Assembly (NCBI GenBank): GCA_036172245.1
Contig: JAYWIR010000015.1
Span: 2,790,001-2,854,000 of the forward strand
DNA length: 64,000 nucleotides
From: Raillietiella orientalis
Taxonomy: Eukaryota
Direction: 5' to 3'
The position numbers were made by a program, and so were the translations under genes. Below are positions 22,801 through 35,795 of this stretch, in pieces; position 1 is the stretch's first letter; every line of letters begins with the position of its first letter. Below the pieces are notes generated by a model that was not told where the DNA came from, ran no database searches, and saw only the letters and a list, made by a program, of their open reading frames with translations.

Positions 22801-25800
22801 GATCGTGACGATGTATTCTTGGTCCATGCAATTATTGACGGCAAAACACTACTCAATGGCACTTATGGGGATACAATGATTAACACTGGATTTTACGGAT
22901 GCTGATGAGAACAGAAACTGTACCCTTTGAGCTAACCAAAGAGCGAGAAGCGATTGGGTTGCCCAGAGCTTAAGCTCGAGGCGACCCGGGTTTCTCTGGT
23001 CCGGAGCGTTTCGACTTCTCCACCGCACGAATGACAAGTTGTGACTTGCGATTGGTTATCTTTGGCTTGGTTTATATTGGGCCAGGCTATTTATTGTAGG
23101 CCATGTGGCGGAATTACTCGCATTACCCATCACATGGCGTGCGTAGGTGGGTTGTGCGTTGTCTGGTTTTTCTCTTTTGTACTACGCAGTTTGGAAGAAT
23201 ACTGTGGGATTTGCAGCATGTGGACTCGGGGAAGGTTATATGAGGAGGTCGCGCGATGTGTCGCCTCAGTAGTTCCCCGTCAGAGTATGGGGGGGAAGTC
23301 TGGGTTGGCTGGCTGCGCGGTTGCTGTTGAACAAGTCAGCATGCGGTCACGTCTTGGGCAGTCGGCGGTGGCCACCCGTGGTTTAATGTGTGATTAATTG
23401 AAAGATTTATGTCTTGGTGTTGGTCGAGGTTGTAAGCGTGTGAGGACCTATACGTTTTTTCATGATTGCGAAAGCGAAGAAGTCCTGCGATGTGGTAGTT
23501 GGACAGCAATTTTCAAACACGATCTTTGCCCATATGTGTGCTTATGCAGGCCTCCCGAATGCTGCTTAAAATAATGTATGGCAATAGCACCAGTGCTACA
23601 ATTCTGTAGCATTGGTTGGAGACAAAGGGTTTACAGAAACTTGGATTTCCATCTAGGCAAGCGCTGTGTCTGCTGATGACGCAAAGCGATCCATCTTCAG
23701 GTTGATAGGAGGAAAAGGGAGCGTAGTTTTTGTGTCTGAAATTTAGGCCGGAAACTTTCGTTTCTTCAGGGAATATGACATGGAAAAACACTGCGCTTGT
23801 TGTATCAGTTGAAGATAGATAAGCACAGTTCTGTCAAGGCTATAAATGGAAGAAGGCCTCATTCCTTTTGGTTAATTCTGCAGTAGAGACGAAGTGTGCA
23901 TGGGTTTAACGAAGCAAAATAGAAAAAGTGTTGGAGGGTGGTTTCCTGGTAATGAAGAAAAGGAAGTCCCATGCGAAGTTGCATATGGGACAGTTTTTTA
24001 TTTGGAGGAATGTACCCGATTTGAAAGTTTATACGGTTGCTTTTTTGATCACGAAGAATATTCGAGAGCACTTGAATATCGTCAGGTGGATGGTGATGTG
24101 GACAAAGACGGATCTAACCCCAGATCCCTCCCATTTCTCCCATTCCCTTGGCAAAGGGAGTGACATTTCTTGACGGCACTTGTGGTTGCTCACTTATTAC
24201 TCCAACGACTTTTAGCAGTATTGGAAGAAAGAATCAGAAAACTTTTCTTTTAACTTGCCTTGCATTCTCTGAAGGGGGGTAAAGAACCCAGGAATTCTGT
24301 GGCAAGCGAGGCAGTGTTGGCTCTGTGTTTGTCATAACCAAGAATCCCGTCCTCCTCCTCCCCTCCTCCCGTACATGGAACTCGTTGTTTCGATTTTCCT
24401 CTCAAATGCAAAAGGTCACTGCGGATGGGGCTGAACAGAATGTTCAGTCATTTAGGATCCTGTGTCCATGCTGCAATCAAGGGGAAAACAAGGAATGAAA
24501 GCACTCTGCAAGCATTCATCGAAAAAATGGTAAATTAAAGCGTCCCCTTGGTTTGCATCCGGATGCATGGCATAGAATACGCACAATTGCATTCCTCATG
24601 TTGTACCAAAAAAAAAAAATGCCTAACTTCCCTTGTACTAAAATACGTTCTGGTGCTTGTGTCCCGGTGGTGCCCCTACAAATCGTGAACTGTAAAATTT
24701 AAAGGTACCACATGAGACACAAACTCAAGACCGTAAAGTGTGCTCATTGCGTGGGTCAGCCTTCCGTCATGTGCGTGTTGAGGATGAAGGAAGGAAAGGA
24801 TGAGAGAACGGTACCTAGTCATCTAGAGAATAGATACTTCCCGTCGTTTCGTACAACGCCAACAAATCATTAACACTCAGTCTCTGCTCCAAAGCAAGAG
24901 CAGGAGACGACTGCGAGATTCGGGGAAGCGACCGAGACATTGAAGGGTTTTGCTGGGGTCCCTGGGTGTCTGCTAGTCCATACATCATGCAATCCATCTA
25001 TCACGAAAACAGGTTCCGGAAAGCGCTTCGCACCAGAGCAACTGCCTGCATCGGAGGTTGAGCATCTGAACAAAGAATTGCTCAAGCGGTGGTCGATCTG
25101 CAGTAGGAGCGGGTGCTTGCAGACGCCGGACCATGTCTCAATTGGATAAAAACTAAGCACTGCGCTTCTAGGGCGGCAGCCAGATTTTGGAGGGATTCCT
25201 TGCAAGAGCGCATGCTGATAGACAAAAGCAGAGAAATGAACGATCTGTCGACTCTGCTGTTGCACGACGGGAAGGACAAGCCCCCGCCCGAGGGATACTA
25301 CTACCGCCAGTTCCTGCCCGCTGTCCAAAACGTACTCGGCTAAGCATGCCCCTTTGCGTTTTGTCTCCACTGTGTAGCATCAGCGCTCTGACCTGGTGAT
25401 CTCCGCATTCAGCATGCTCGACATCCCCTCCTGGGACTCCCGGTACAACATCCTAAGCAACCTGCTGAACAGGACAGGCAAGTTCCTGGTTCTTCTGGAG
25501 GAAGGAACCAGAGCAGGCTTTTCCGTAAGAGGTCTAGGCTGCGTAAGGATGAACAAGCGAAGGATTTTTCCTCCAGATTCTCAGTGAGCTGCGAGAGATT
25601 CTGACGAATATCAGGGACTCCCACAAGTTCCGGATTTTTGCTCCTGTAAGGCCGTGAATGTTTCCAGCCGCGTGATCATCCCGCTTTCTCAGTGCCCCCA
25701 TCAGGACCCGTGCCCTCGCACTTTGAGACCATCCGGTCACCCATGTGTGACTCCGGTGAGACTGGAGCCCTTGGCTCTCTTCAGAGAACAGTTACCTAGA

Positions 25801-26120
25801 GAGGAGCTGTTCAGCTATCTGGTGATACAGCGAGGTGAGTTTCCGCCGGGTGAACCCGGAAGCGCTCTCGGGATCTACAAGGGCGTACAGGCGAGACGGA
25901 TGACAGTGACACGACCAAGCACTGGCCACGCATCGTGCAGCCAGTCTTGCTACGCCACAAGCACACTGTGTGTCAGCTGTGCTGCAACGATGGCAGACTT
26001 CTCCAGAAGATCTTCACCAAACGCAAGCACGGGAATTTCCTGTACGGCTGCGTGCGCAGAAGCGAGTGGAGCGACCGCCTCCCCGTCCACATTCGAACCG
26101 ACGAGGACGATTCAACATAA
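16894..26120 (+). CDS. METTL17: Mitochondrial small-subunit assembly methyltransferase-like protein METTL17 (Rsm22 family), 9 exons, ~449 aa
   Basis: Phase-consistent GT-AG model join(16894..16941,17105..17273,21543..21671,21719..21974,25172..25331,25378..25524,25577..25645,25693..25834,25891..26120) = 1350 nt with no internal stop. Family motifs: [39 protein letters not shown] (SAM motif I), YRQFLP, DLVISAFS, FLVLLEEGTRAGF, IFAPCPHQDPCP, WPRIVQPVL, QLCCNDG, YGCVRRSEWSDRLP. Basic N-terminus resembles a mitochondrial presequence. Exon 1 and NAGNAG acceptor choices are the least certain parts. Confidence 0.95.
18420..19155 (+). pseudogene. Decayed LRR-Ig remnant inside METTL17 intron 2
   Basis: ETFEQLKN, YPIKE, HSFVKLL..FRMS, KCIYRLE, VSSKEFS and CKAEIP..RIFW in kekkon order. 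Confidence 0.3.
20350..20540 (-). pseudogene. Decayed LRR remnant inside METTL17 intron 2
   Basis: One frame with two stops: HASDFEGVELLR*ENLVAYQQLHNLSTTKLFASNLMNLFISY*QEIFLRE. Confidence 0.33.
21093..21162. repeat. Compound (TG)n/(TA)n/(TACA)n microsatellite
   Basis: Directly visible in METTL17 intron 2. Confidence 0.9.
23785..24165 (+). pseudogene. Decayed LRR remnant inside METTL17 intron 4
   Basis: LRLLYQLKID..VKAI..SF, MGLTK, FPGNEEKEVP, FYLEEC, LEYRQVDG..SLP..PW. Confidence 0.33.
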
Positions 26121-27410
26121 TGTTGCAGACAACAAAAGTCTTTTTCATTTTCCCCCTTCTGTGTGTGTGTAGACTAGTTCTAAAGATACAGAGATCATAG
26201 TACTGGAATTGTCTGAATTCAACGCGTCTGTATTCGTTTGTCTGCTCTTTTACGCAATGCGAAGATCCTGTCGCGGCTCGGTAGCCTACGTTGGCTCCGA
26301 AGCATCCCACTTCCTCTCAGCCATATGACTCAGGGCACCATCCAACCCAAAAAAAGTTCCCTCCAGCATTCTGAATGGATGGTAGATCGGCAAGGAGTCT
26401 CAGTTGCGAACAAGCATCGGGGGGAATAGCAACCCTAGCAACCGGAAAAGGACTTCGTGGATTTGGGACACGCAGAGTGGAAGTAGCGATCGAGTAGCCA
26501 TCTTGGAAACGGGAGATGGCTCCGGCATGGAACGACAAATGCGCGGCCGCCGTCATCCTGCAGACGTGAAAACTGGAAAGATTCGGAAAAAGATGCGAGG
26601 CCCGTAAAGCGGAGACGGTACAAAGGAAAGAATGTACCAGACGGATGCAAGTGTTTACATTTGGTGATCCGGCTCCGGCAGGATTTTAAAAAAGAAAAAA
26701 GGGAGGAGGGGAAAGCGAGTTTGGGGGAGCCGGCGTCGGGATGGCAACGACGTTCGGCGCAACCTGCTTCCTTGGTTTCTTAGCGCAGCAACAAGGCGGC
26801 ACTGGAGCGTCAGTCGGCAAAGCCCGTTGGAAGCGGACCGACACGTCTCGAGACGTGTCTTTTTCCTAAGGAAGCTGGAATCGGATTCGTGACAGTAGCG
26901 CCAGCAATTAACGTGAATCGAGGAGGCCATCCTGACTCTGGAAGGAGGGGGAGGGGCACGGCTCCCGCGTTCGACACTAACAAGATCCGCAAGAGGGAGA
27001 ATCGTGCAACTGGTGACACGAGAACGCCTGGTATGCCGCATTGGGTGCGAGTCGAAAGTTCGCAAGAAACGCTAGGGGAGGGAGGAGGTGTGGAGATCGG
27101 AAGTTACGGCCCCCTCTCTGGCTTGGTCCACGACCCAGTAGTCAGGGAGGGGGCTCAAGAATCCCTGGGGATCCGCTGGAGTTTCCCTGGTCGAAAGAGA
27201 TTCGAATTTCAACTGGAAGGGCCTTCGATTAGAACGGAAGTCGAAAGGCAGCTGGAAAAGAAAAAAACGCAGTATTACTCTGACTGATGAAAGGTCGGGC
27301 AGCAGCGGAAGAAAGCGGCCGTTTCCCCCCAGAAGAGTCGACCAACCAGCACTCCATCTCATCCGGGAGAGGCTGCCGCGCATTGACGTGCAAAGGTGGG
27401 AGTTTCAAAT

Positions 27411-29335
27411 GAAGATCCTCTTGAAGAATACCTGCTGAAAATATGGAGCAGCCTTGGCGAGGGGTGCTTTGCAAAAAATGGAAAGGGACAAAGGTTTCTC
27501 TCTTGCAGGTAGATGGGATGGGCAGCTGCTCAATGAGGTCGCACTATGTGCTCTCCTTTCGATCAGCAAACGAAACAACCAGTTCCCTTTCGAGCGATGC
27601 TGCATTCCCATGTCGTACCAGGCTTGTGGTTCTTACACCGAGCCTCTTTCTAATGGGAAAAAAAACGGAGTCCATTCTTCCTTAAAAATCCTTCATTTTC
27701 TTATTCCATCCACTCCCCACGACGCTCTTCGGAAACGTCGACGGAATGTGCCGCAGAAACAATAAGATGCGCATCAGATGTACAAACTAAAGAAGGGATG
27801 GAGTACACTATGGTGCTAACGGCGTGCATACAAAAAACCTGGCGTGTTCTCGGGTGTCCATGTACGAAATATCGCGTACATAAGTGAAATATAGGAAGCG
27901 CAATATAGGAGAATGGAAAGAGCTGGTGTAGAGAGACATGCTATTCCCACTGCAAGAGAGCGCATCCAACACGTGTTAGTCTTCGGTTCTGTGTGATTAT
28001 TTGGATGATGAGGATTCCTATAAGAGATCCAAGATTTCAAAAATAAGAGATATTCGATTCCTATCGCTATAAGAGTTTGATCTTTGTAAGGATTTGACGA
28101 CTGCGAAAGAAATCCCTCCGGAAAAAATGACGTGGAGAGTGGACATAACCCACAGGTCACAAAGTTGTTTTTTTTTTGTTTTTTCGATTGGCTTAGTCAG
28201 TTTACGAAAGTCAGGGAACCATCATAAAAAAGCAATGATGCTTCTTCAGGTTTGTCACGGGTTAACATGAAGCAGTAAGTGGGAAAATTTGTATCCAATG
28301 CTAGTGAACGAAAAGGACGCACCCTTCTCTACGTTCGCGCAACTCGGAAGAAAAAGATAGAAAGCCCCGAAATGGGAACTCTCTATGCAAATTGTTCGGA
28401 GGCAGAGACGAAAAAAGTATCTGGCATCACTCCTGTGATAAGCCTGAAACCTCATTCTAAGAGGAGGTCGCGTTGACTTTCCAGAAGGCAACGACAAGCA
28501 AGCGAAAACTCTGTCGACTCCCTCCTTCACAGGACAGTGTTGCAATGTCTCTTTCCTATGGAAAACAGGACATCGAGGCCGATGATGAAGGTTCGTTCCG
28601 AGTGACTTCAAGTCGGATACACTCAGAGAATTTTGCTCACAATGCGCGGAGCATGTGGGACATCAGACGAACGCCAAAAGCGGGAGAAAAGAAGGGAAAA
28701 AAATTCAGGTAAAACAGAATCAGCGGAGATGGATATTGAGGAAGGGAAAGCACCATAAAATGCAGTAAAGTACCGTATTTAGGGGGCTTCCGGATTTGAT
28801 GGCGATGTGCTCTGTGAATAAGGACACGGGGGTCTTTAAGTTAAATAAATAGGGATGCATGGCATGACATTTAATGTACATGTACAAAAGATAGTTCTTG
28901 ATGAGAGCTGCTGATGCTCCAGATGTCGGAAGCAACGGAGCATACGGAGCACCAGAACAGTCAGCTACAAAAGATCAAAGTCTGTTGACTAAGCAGATCT
29001 CCCTAATCCGAGAAGTTTTGTTCCCCGCTCAACGCCGGATTCAATAATCCGAGAGAGTATCAGCGTGGAGTACCACGATGCACGTCGGTACTCAACTTAT
29101 ACAGAAGGCTGTCCCCCACTTCGAAGTCGTTCTCGCTATTTTGCACACACGTTCTTTTGGCGCCCTTACACGAGCTGTGTTCCTAGCGGGACAAAGGTGA
29201 TGACCATTCTCGTACCGAACGGTCCATGTCAAATATTCGTAACGCGTGTTCCCCGCAAACCGTGGAAACAGAACATAACGTGCGTTCTGCACATACGCGG
29301 TTCCATTCAAATTAAAGCACATCCGAATCTCTGCT
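27411..29335 (+). pseudogene. Heavily decayed DRAK/STK17-like (CAMK group) kinase domain
   Basis: Colinear frameshifted motifs: EDPLEEY..LGEGCFAK 27411-27476, LLNEVALCALL, SLKPH 28441, DFPEG..KLC-D 28475-28517 (cf. FPDCDIKLCDFG), GTSD ~28658, PDSIIRESISV..TY..GCPPL 29035-29121, IFVTRV..KP and KAHPNL ~29315. Confidence 0.55.
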
Positions 29336-29589
29336 CCTCAGATATCATTCCGAAGAATGATCTAAATCGATGGAAATCGTTTTGATTCTTTTATACTATT
29401 CAACATTTACACATGAAATCGTGTAAACAGTTCATTTGAATTAACAATAGGTATTCTATGAATTCTATTCTATGAATGCGTTTGATTGATCTGTGCAATG
29501 TTCAAAATCACTTTCTACCTCTCCATCCCTCTCTATAAATTCTTAACCCACTCAACATTCTACATTACCGGTATTTTCTAAGCACACGC

Positions 29590-30150
29590 ACTCTTTTCGG
29601 CAGTTAATGCCATTAGCAAAACACGTTGCAAAGGGTGGTTTGTAATTGAAACACTCGCAGACTACTTGTTGATGCATCACAACTGCATCCGTAACGAACA
29701 TGGAGCCTACGAAATCCATCCTCCGACGCATACAGGCAGAGCCATAAGAACGCATCGCAACGAAATTGAGAAATCATCCTTTTCAATCAGATGCTCCACA
29801 AATGAACTCTTCAGCCCTTCAGCTAGTGTCCCGTAAACAACCACCTTCCAATTACGCTTCAATAAACAACAAACTCATATTCCACAATCTCCGTTCACCC
29901 TCTTCGACACGGTCCTCATAAAAGAGATGTATCTATCTGAAGTGAAGGCATGTTGCGTCCCAATGTCAGTTTCACTTCTGGACGCCCAGTTCCAAAAGGA
30001 AAAAAAACGTTAACCCACACACACGAATACTCTTCTGGTGTGAGTGGCTGCAGATCGAGAAAGTATGGGGCAGAAAATCGATGATCCACAACACCATAAC
30101 ATTTACCTCTTCCCCGCAAAGGCGTTGGTGCAAACCAGGCAATCATCGTG
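29590..30150 (-). pseudogene. Possible decayed nuclear-receptor C4 zinc-finger DBD
   Basis: CLVCTNAFAG/GKCYGVV (30086-30141), YSC....FF, F-MRTVSK and FATCFANG..KECV in the expected order but frameshifted. No ligand-binding domain recognised. Confidence 0.28.
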
Positions 30151-32731
30151 GGCATTGAAATTGACGGGTGTCCTCCTGTTTGAGGGAAAGAGAAGAACGG
30201 CTCGGTCGCTCGGAGCCATTCCACTAATGGCTTCGAGGTATCCCGTGCTCGCGAGGTATCCGCGGTTCGACGGCAGCCATGTTGGCACCTGCGGGATCCA
30301 TAGAAGTGGAGTAACAGTCCGTATCGGGGCACGAATCACCACCGAGTGGTTCCGACGCCCGCCTCTTGCACAGGCAGTGCGAGAATGCGCGCGTGCGCAC
30401 ACGCACTGGGGGACTTCTTTTCCGGTGTATGCGCCGGGCGCGCCACCTTCGCAGCCTCCCTCTTGGGTTAGGAAATAAGGAATTCAGGGGACGCGGTCCA
30501 GGCTGGAGGATGCAGAAAATGGAGGCCGGTCCCGAGAACACGCAGCGTGCAAGAATACACACGAAACTTGCGGTCTGAAGGTGTCGTCCTGCAGTGCAGA
30601 AAGCTGCATGACTTCCTGTTCGCATTCCTCGCTTTGTAAGAAGCTGAAAACGGCATTTGGTTTGGAAAGCTCTGAGGACCACGGAGTTGCTCATTTTGGG
30701 AGTCATCTTGGGAGTCCTCTGCAGAGACCTTTTAGTGACCAAAGCATCATCCCCCCCTCCCCTTGCCCGGGGGAAGGGGATTTCACTTTCGGTCTCCTTC
30801 ACGACTTTGGCGGAAGGTGGTTCTACTGGCAATACCGGCAGGAAGAGGGAGGAGCAGCGAGGGTGTCCAAGCAACCCGGAAGCATGGGGTGTGCAGCTAG
30901 AGAGGAACCCGCGTGCGCTGCCCGGAGCCTCTGTCGGCTCGCCGGCCGGCCGGCAAGCGTTCGGAACGGTGGCTGGGCGGGCGTAGGCAAGAGCACACCC
31001 TTTCGGCGCGAGGAAATGTTCATCCACTTCTCCCCTTTCCTCCTGAGGGGGGAACCTTGTCGTGTCCAGATCGGACCGTCGCCGACTGCGGGCGGGCAAG
31101 GCATCTCCACCGAAAGTTCATCTTTCGCCTCTCCCTACTCCACTCCCCGGACATCGTCGGCTGGATTGGCATCGCTACCAGGCACATCACCGACCCAGTT
31201 CATGCCGAAAACCCGATGTCTCCGACTGGAATTGGTTGCCGACCTCGTGATCCCTCTGTTGCGACCGAAAGGTCTTGATTGCCATGGTTGCCACCCGCGC
31301 CAGAGAGATAGAAATAATCCAGAGACTGCCTTGAAAATGTCTCCCCTCCCCCCTCCACGTTTTCCCGGACCTTCCTCTCCGCTGAGGTGTACCCCTTCCG
31401 ATGGGTCAGCTCAGACGACCCATCCTCTCGGGGCTCTAGGGATGTGTGGTAGCGCAAAGCGCCAGAGGTCATCGTTTGAACGCGGATCGCGCGGCCCTAC
31501 TCCGGGAGAAAAAAAAAAAAAAAAGGGAAGCTTCCACCCTTACGGGTATCTCTGATCCTCGTGGAGTGATAAGGCTCTGAGAGTCGTGCCGAGATCACCG
31601 CGAAGGAAGATGACCGGGAATCCCGAGCCCTGAGTGGAAACGGACGGAGGTGGATGAAATGAGGCGCGGGAGCAAAGTGGAGTGGACCCCAGGGGCCTCG
31701 CGGCTCGTGAAGGCAGCCTTGAAGGCGATGACACGTGCGGGCACATCCCTAATTCCTGATATCGAAAGGTATATGGGGCAAAGGTGGGTCCCTGGTAGCG
31801 GAAAGTCGGGTCGTTCCGTAGCTGCCGTGCGTCGGGAGCTGGTACTCCCGGTCGCCGCCGCGTTATGTCCCGGGAGATAGCCGGCCTCCAGGCTGCCTGC
31901 GAGGTAGTGCTGGGACGGGATGACCATCCTCGGCTCCAAGGTGCGCGCGCTTCCCTCACGGGAGGGGAGGAAGGGCATTGGGAAGGCTACCTGACTATTC
32001 TGAAAACCAGTCTTCTGGCGAAGAGCTCGTCGCGAGAGTCAGCAATGATGAAGAGAAGCCCAATGTGCCGACGTGGAGCTGCTGGCGGACTCTCAGGAGC
32101 CACCCGTCACGCGCGGGTTTGAGGAGGGAGGCGGAGGAGTACGAAGAGAAGAGCGCGTGAAATGATAGCCGGCCAGGGAAGGATGCGTCCTCCTCCCAGA
32201 AGCAGCGACCCCCTCCCCTTCTTTTTCTCCTGAGGAAATATGGACCCCAAGGACGGAGACACGAAGAGAGGGTGACCTCTCGAATGAGATGCCGAGAGAG
32301 GTTCGTGGTGATCTGCCAGGGGGGAGGGGAGGAAAGAGGGTATTGGGGAGGATGAGAGAGGAAGATCGGACTCCGCCCGATCTCCCTCGAGAGGAACGAG
32401 CGTGACCGCATCTGATTGGCGAGCTCCCTCCACGGGCGACTGGAAGCGACTCCCGCTGCTCCAGCACAGCCTGCCACAGTCCTCATTGTCGGCGACCGCC
32501 CCACCCCACACTTCGCAACCCTGGGTGGTGGGAGGCAGATGCAGAGAGAAATGGATTACCATCTGTGTGGGTGAAAGGAGACTGGTTCGTGGATCGAGAT
32601 TGTGGTTGGCGCGAAGAGAGGTTAGAGAGGCAAAGATGGATACTTGGATGAGAGCTATTGTTAGCACAAGGATTACAGCTGGTGAAGGAGAGGAGGACGA
32701 CTGTGTTTGTGAACCGGTCATGCCAGGATGT

Positions 32732-33217
32732 TTATTATAAAAAATAATAAACATATAGGTGTAGGACCATCGGCCCTACATCGTGTGAAAATGTTTGGAG
32801 CCTGCCGAGTAACCGGCACTCAGGCTGGCGAGGTTCGCCTCGGCAGAGGGAAAGGGGACAAGCAAAAATTAAAAAAAATAATAAAAAAAAAAACTCTGGG
32901 GGCGCGGGAAGGGATCGCTGCCCGCTGGAGGGCGTCTTCTGCATCCTTTCCAGAATGCCGGCAATTTCCATCCGAGCATGCCCCAGATGGGGTCATCTAG
33001 CTGCCGTCCGCAGGAAGTGTAGGGAGAAGCAGATGGCGTCCCTATCGCGCCGTCCTCCTCCACTGGCGTGACTGCAGACCACCGCAATCCCGCGTAGGCA
33101 GCAGCAAAGAGCTGCTAGGGATGCGGCAGGTGGAAGGGCATCGCTCACGAAGAGGTGCTTCATTACGTTCCTGGGTTCTCGTTCTCCGCACCTGCAACAG
33201 TTGGGGTCCACAGCCCC
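32732..33217 (-). mobile_element. 5'-truncated non-LTR retrotransposon 3' end (L1/Tx1-like), copy 1
   Basis: About 430 bp closely similar to 58707-59150 with an identical 3' terminus (..TTTTATAATAA on the minus strand). Encodes PNCCRCGERE; about 100 nt of the zinc knuckle is deleted relative to copy 2. Confidence 0.75.
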
Positions 33218-34949
33218 TCGGGTCAAGGGAGAGCGGCGGACGTTGCCACGACGAGGAACATCGTCGCAACGTTCTCGTTGCCTCGTCGCGGTGCAGCGAG
33301 GACGACAATTCGTGTGGGTGCTTAAGAGAGCATGGTGGCGGGAATGTGTCCGGGGAGCTGCGTGGATGTCCCTGCCCGGGTGCACCTTTACGAAGAATCA
33401 GCAGCCCGGCCCGACCGCGTGCCGGGGAAGGGTGCCAGCAGGGTCACGCGGCCGGAGAGTTTGGGTCATTCGGAGCGACGACAGGTCGGGCTGGGGAGCC
33501 CACGACCCGGCACGCTTCCTGCTGAAAGACTGCGCAGACAAAGCCGAGACCCCTTTCTTTGGTAAGCGCGCGGTGTTTACTTGTCTCCGGAATTCTTTTC
33601 ATTGCAGGGAGTTCTGGACTGCGTCTACTCTTGGAGCTCCTTTCGAAGATGAGGTTTGCAACGTACTCGGAGGCTTGCCGAAGGGCCATTGCCCTCGTCG
33701 TCGCTGAGATGGCTTCAAGGATTGGACGGAAGTTTTCTTGCAGCGTGCATGCTCCTCGAAGCGAAAGGCAGGCTCTGATGCCTAGAGGTGATCAGCTCTT
33801 GAGGACTGCATTTCGGATCGCATGCAATCGTCAGGTCAGCCTACTGATAGCTGTCCGTGGCGAAGAGAAAGCACTCTTCCGAGTGCCTGCAAAGAGAGAC
33901 GCCAAGCGGATGAGAAATTCGGATACCCCCTTAAGCGCCACAGGCTGGTGGAGGAGCGGTTCGGCTGATAAGCGCGTGACCATCAAGCACGTGGAAATGA
34001 GACGATGCTGGAATGGAGGCGCAGATGGAACCAGTCCAAGCTTTCGTGTCACGTGACAAGCTCTGAACCAGGGGCTGCCAATGCCTCACGGTCCGGAGCG
34101 TGTTAGCGAGGAACCACATGCTGCTGCTACCGCTGTTGCTTTTGGGAGGAGCAGGTCGCAGTGCATTGAGTCTCTCACGGACAAGTGCATGATGGATGCG
34201 AAGGAAGGGTCACATCAGGGAGAATACCTTGGAGCTGACTGAGCTAGTGGATGACACTGAAAGGGGCGCTCACACCTGGCAACTGTCATTTATTAAGACA
34301 AGAAAAGAAACCTGCAAAGTAGGAATCCAATGCATAACAATAAGAGTTCAAGGATGGTGGAGCCATCTAGTCGCAGGCTGTCGCGACAGAAGGCCGAAAC
34401 GGCCAACGGGTGAGACAGTTAATAAAAATAAATAAGAAAGAGAAGGAATGGGGAGCGTCTGTAAGATTGCTCCACATCCTCCGCAGCCTGCGTGCAATGC
34501 GAACGTCGTCGTACTTAGTGTCTCTCTGCAGACGGGGCCATTTCGCCACCCTTTTCAACGTGGAAGAGGTGAACCGTGTGGCTTCTCATGGGTGATGGAT
34601 CTGAAAGTAGAGAGAGGTGTAATGGTAATTGAGTGATGCGATTGGTCAGGGAGAGCTGGTGGATAGGGAGTGGATGGAATAAAGTGTATGATAAGCGGAG
34701 ATGGGTAACTTGTACCCTCTAACATCGTTATACCCATCCACTATAAAAGCATCACTTCTTTTAATGTCCTTCTTCAGAGATAGGGCATTCGAGTAACATG
34801 TGAGAGACCATTTAAAAAAAGGCTACTCCTTTATTTCATCCTCTTCAATTATTGCAATTATTATCGAACTTCTATGCATCACCCTTAGATATGCAGGGTA
34901 TTTTTCACTGAGGCCTTGCAGGCCTCATCTTCGGCTCTACGTTCTTCAG

Positions 34950-35795
34950 CACTGCAGGATTCCATGGACTTCATGTGGCTGCTGATCGCGTGTGTCTTTG
35001 AATTGTTTCGCGAGTTGTGCACCGTATGAGAGTGATTGGAGGAGAGGTGAGCTACTCATTCTGGAAAGACCAAGCTCAGTGTGAGGAAGAAGATGTAGTT
35101 TGTATTTTTCGCTTTTCTCTCGGGCTAATTGGTGTTGTGGTTAAAGGCAGAGGGCGCACAGTGCTCAAGAGGAGATGACTTAGCGCTTGAAGATAATTTT
35201 TCAGGATAGGAACCTGTTTGCCCAATGAGAGTACGGTTTCTCATGACAGCTAGCTGTATCTCTCGGGCAATTTAGATGTCAAACAGCAACACAGATGATT
35301 CCCATCCAATCCTCTGCCATCGCCAAGGTTCTCTAAAGATGAAACCGCTATTCGTTAGTTATTGTGAACGGAATTTTATTGTCATAGTAACGCATTCTGC
35401 GACAGAGAATTAAACTGAAACTCTTAATTTCTATGTCGGAAATTCACTTCAGCAGAGCATGGTAGCAGCACATCATGTCCTCCAGAATCCCGACTGCAGT
35501 AATGGGGTTTCACCGTGGTCCAAAAGGAAATGAGGAAGCAAATCGCAAAATCTCAACGTCACGTAACTTCTCGCAGTCATCGCAATACCCCGTAACTCAC
35601 CACAAATCCAACGATACACAAACCTTATGATAATCAATGACAATGCACACGAGTTGTACACGTTGCCAATGTAGGCAACTTCCTCTCGTTTGAATGAGCT
35701 GTGCCTCTCTCCTAACGGCGCTCCATTCCTTGGAACCCGAAGAAAGTTCGAATCAGAGGCACTTTCGCGCGGCAATAACACCGCAGTGACCAAGG
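34950..35795 (-). pseudogene. Decayed kekkon-like LRR gene
   Basis: NFLRVP, SFKREEVAYIGNVYNSCALSLI, LRGI..LRFCDLLPHFL, FNSLSQ, SLENL..LDGNHL (~35292-35335), YLQALSHLLL. Confidence 0.45.

Noticed and set aside
22300..23500. Penelope/LINE remnant suggested by strand skew in METTL17 intron 4
   Set aside because: No convincing RT or GIY-YIG motifs could be assembled.
33562..33607. Good-looking 46-nt GTAAGC..TTGCAG intron implying an intact gene
   Set aside because: Spliced products match no intact protein I recognise; at most a remnant within a decayed LRR copy.
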